From: Aridibacter sp.
GTDB lineage: Bacteria > Acidobacteriota > Blastocatellia > Pyrinomonadales > Pyrinomonadaceae
Assembly: GCA_041576495.1 (NCBI GenBank)
Contig: JBFGKW010000002.1
Span: forward strand, 5,541-69,540
DNA length: 64,000 bases
Direction: 5' to 3'
Shown: in pieces, positions 63,528 to 64,000 of the stretch
How positions within the stretch are numbered: position 1 is the stretch's first letter
Layout: the number at the start of each line of letters is the position of its first letter
Translations under genes and position numbers: made by a program
The notes under the pieces: model-generated
Database searches by the model: none
The model's input: the letters and a program-made list of their open reading frames with translations, nothing else
What the model was told of the DNA's origin: nothing

Positions 63528-63719
63528 ATGTGCCCAAACTGCGGATGCACGAAAACGAAAAGTTGGGACGAACTGGATTCGGACGAACTCATCCTCGTTG
63601 ATAAACTCCCGCTTAACACTGAATATTCACCCGAAGAGCGCAAGACGCATCTTTTTTGCCGGCGATGCTGTTATGAATTCGTATTAAAAAACGAAAACGG
63701 GAAGGAAAAACTGGCATAA
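63528..63719 (+). CDS. Small zinc-ribbon protein (hypothetical)
   Basis: 63-aa ORF with AGGAGGG 13 nt upstream. CPNCGC at the N-terminus and CRRCC near the C-terminus form a CxxC...CxxC pair. Confidence 0.5.
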   Translation: MCPNCGCTKTKSWDELDSDELILVDKLPLNTEYSPEERKTHLFCRRCCYEFVLKNENGKEKLA

Positions 63720-63733
63720 AGAAAAAAATCAAG

Positions 63734-64000
63734 ATGAAGTTTACAAATGAGAATTTTACGTCTGCCTTGCCGCTTCCCCGAAACGATAAGCGGAAAGGCG
63801 GCGTTTGGGATATTGAAGCTTTTGCAAAACGCGGCGTTTCGCTTGTATTTTTCACCCCGAGGGTAAAGGATTATCAAACGTTTCATGATGAAGACGAATT
63901 TTATTTTATTATCAGCGGAAATGGTGAAATGTTGATCGGGGAAGACCGGTTTGATTTTCTGCCCGGCGACGCGTTCTTTGTTCCCGCAAAAACTTTTCAT
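63734..64000 (+). CDS. Cupin-domain protein, partial (continues past the window end)
   Basis: Not in the supplied track. ATG at 63734, open through 64000 (89 codons): MKFTNENFTSALPLPRNDKRKGGVWDIEAFAKRGVSLVFFTPRVKDYQTFHDEDEFYFIISGNGEMLIGEDRFDFLPGDAFFVPAKTFH. The cupin motifs are visible as H-D-E-D-E...G and GDAFFVPAKTFH. Confidence 0.7.
   Translation, partial: MKFTNENFTSALPLPRNDKRKGGVWDIEAFAKRGVSLVFFTPRVKDYQTFHDEDEFYFIISGNGEMLIGEDRFDFLPGDAFFVPAKTFH

Noticed and set aside
1-64000. Search for CRISPR arrays, transposases, integrases, phage genes, rRNA and long tandem repeats.
   Set aside because: None was recognised by eye. The only repetitive DNA is codon-level low complexity inside CDSs, namely the Lys-Pro tract at 54590..54680 and the Q/T/G/S linker at ~27730..27790. 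Short dispersed repeats cannot be excluded without a computational self-comparison.

Overview
This is a 64-kb chromosomal window, densely coding on both strands, with about 50 protein-coding genes. By eye I found no rRNA, tRNA, CRISPR array, transposase, integrase or prophage signature. All calls come from reading the supplied translations and the DNA; no searches were run, so family names are recognition from memory and gene starts are approximate. The gene content suggests an Acidobacteriota-like (possibly Blastocatellia-like) soil bacterium, but this is inference only. The supporting content is a short two-gene egtB-egtD set, an ElbD-like lipid megaenzyme, many secreted peptidases, Ser/Thr kinases with zinc-ribbon N-termini, and TonB. 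Main points follow. (1) 327..9153 is a five-gene operon built around a 1473-aa reductase / AMP-ligase / ACP / PlsC-acyltransferase fusion. It is flanked by a LarA/DUF2088-like protein, a HAD-IB hydrolase and an SDR, and looks like an elb-type ether-lipid pathway with unassigned accessory chemistry. (2) 26393..36515 is a Ser/Thr phosphosignalling neighbourhood. It holds an active Hanks kinase fused to an FGE/SUMF1 domain, a TPR protein, a paralogous membrane pseudokinase that has lost every catalytic motif, and a triple-FHA ABC exporter co-transcribed with a TlpA-like thioredoxin. (3) 19551..21769 is a minimal egtB-egtD ergothioneine pair. (4) CxxC...CxxC zinc-ribbon N-termini are unusually frequent, on at least seven ORFs. 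(5) Several small uncharacterised operons are joined by ATGA overlaps. The rest is housekeeping: leuS, birA, coaX, rlmB, aroDE, thiF/moeB-like, ndh, a GDH, and secreted peptidases plus an amino-acid permease. Two edge-truncated ORFs are missing from the supplied track: minus strand 1..194, and a cupin at 63734..64000.
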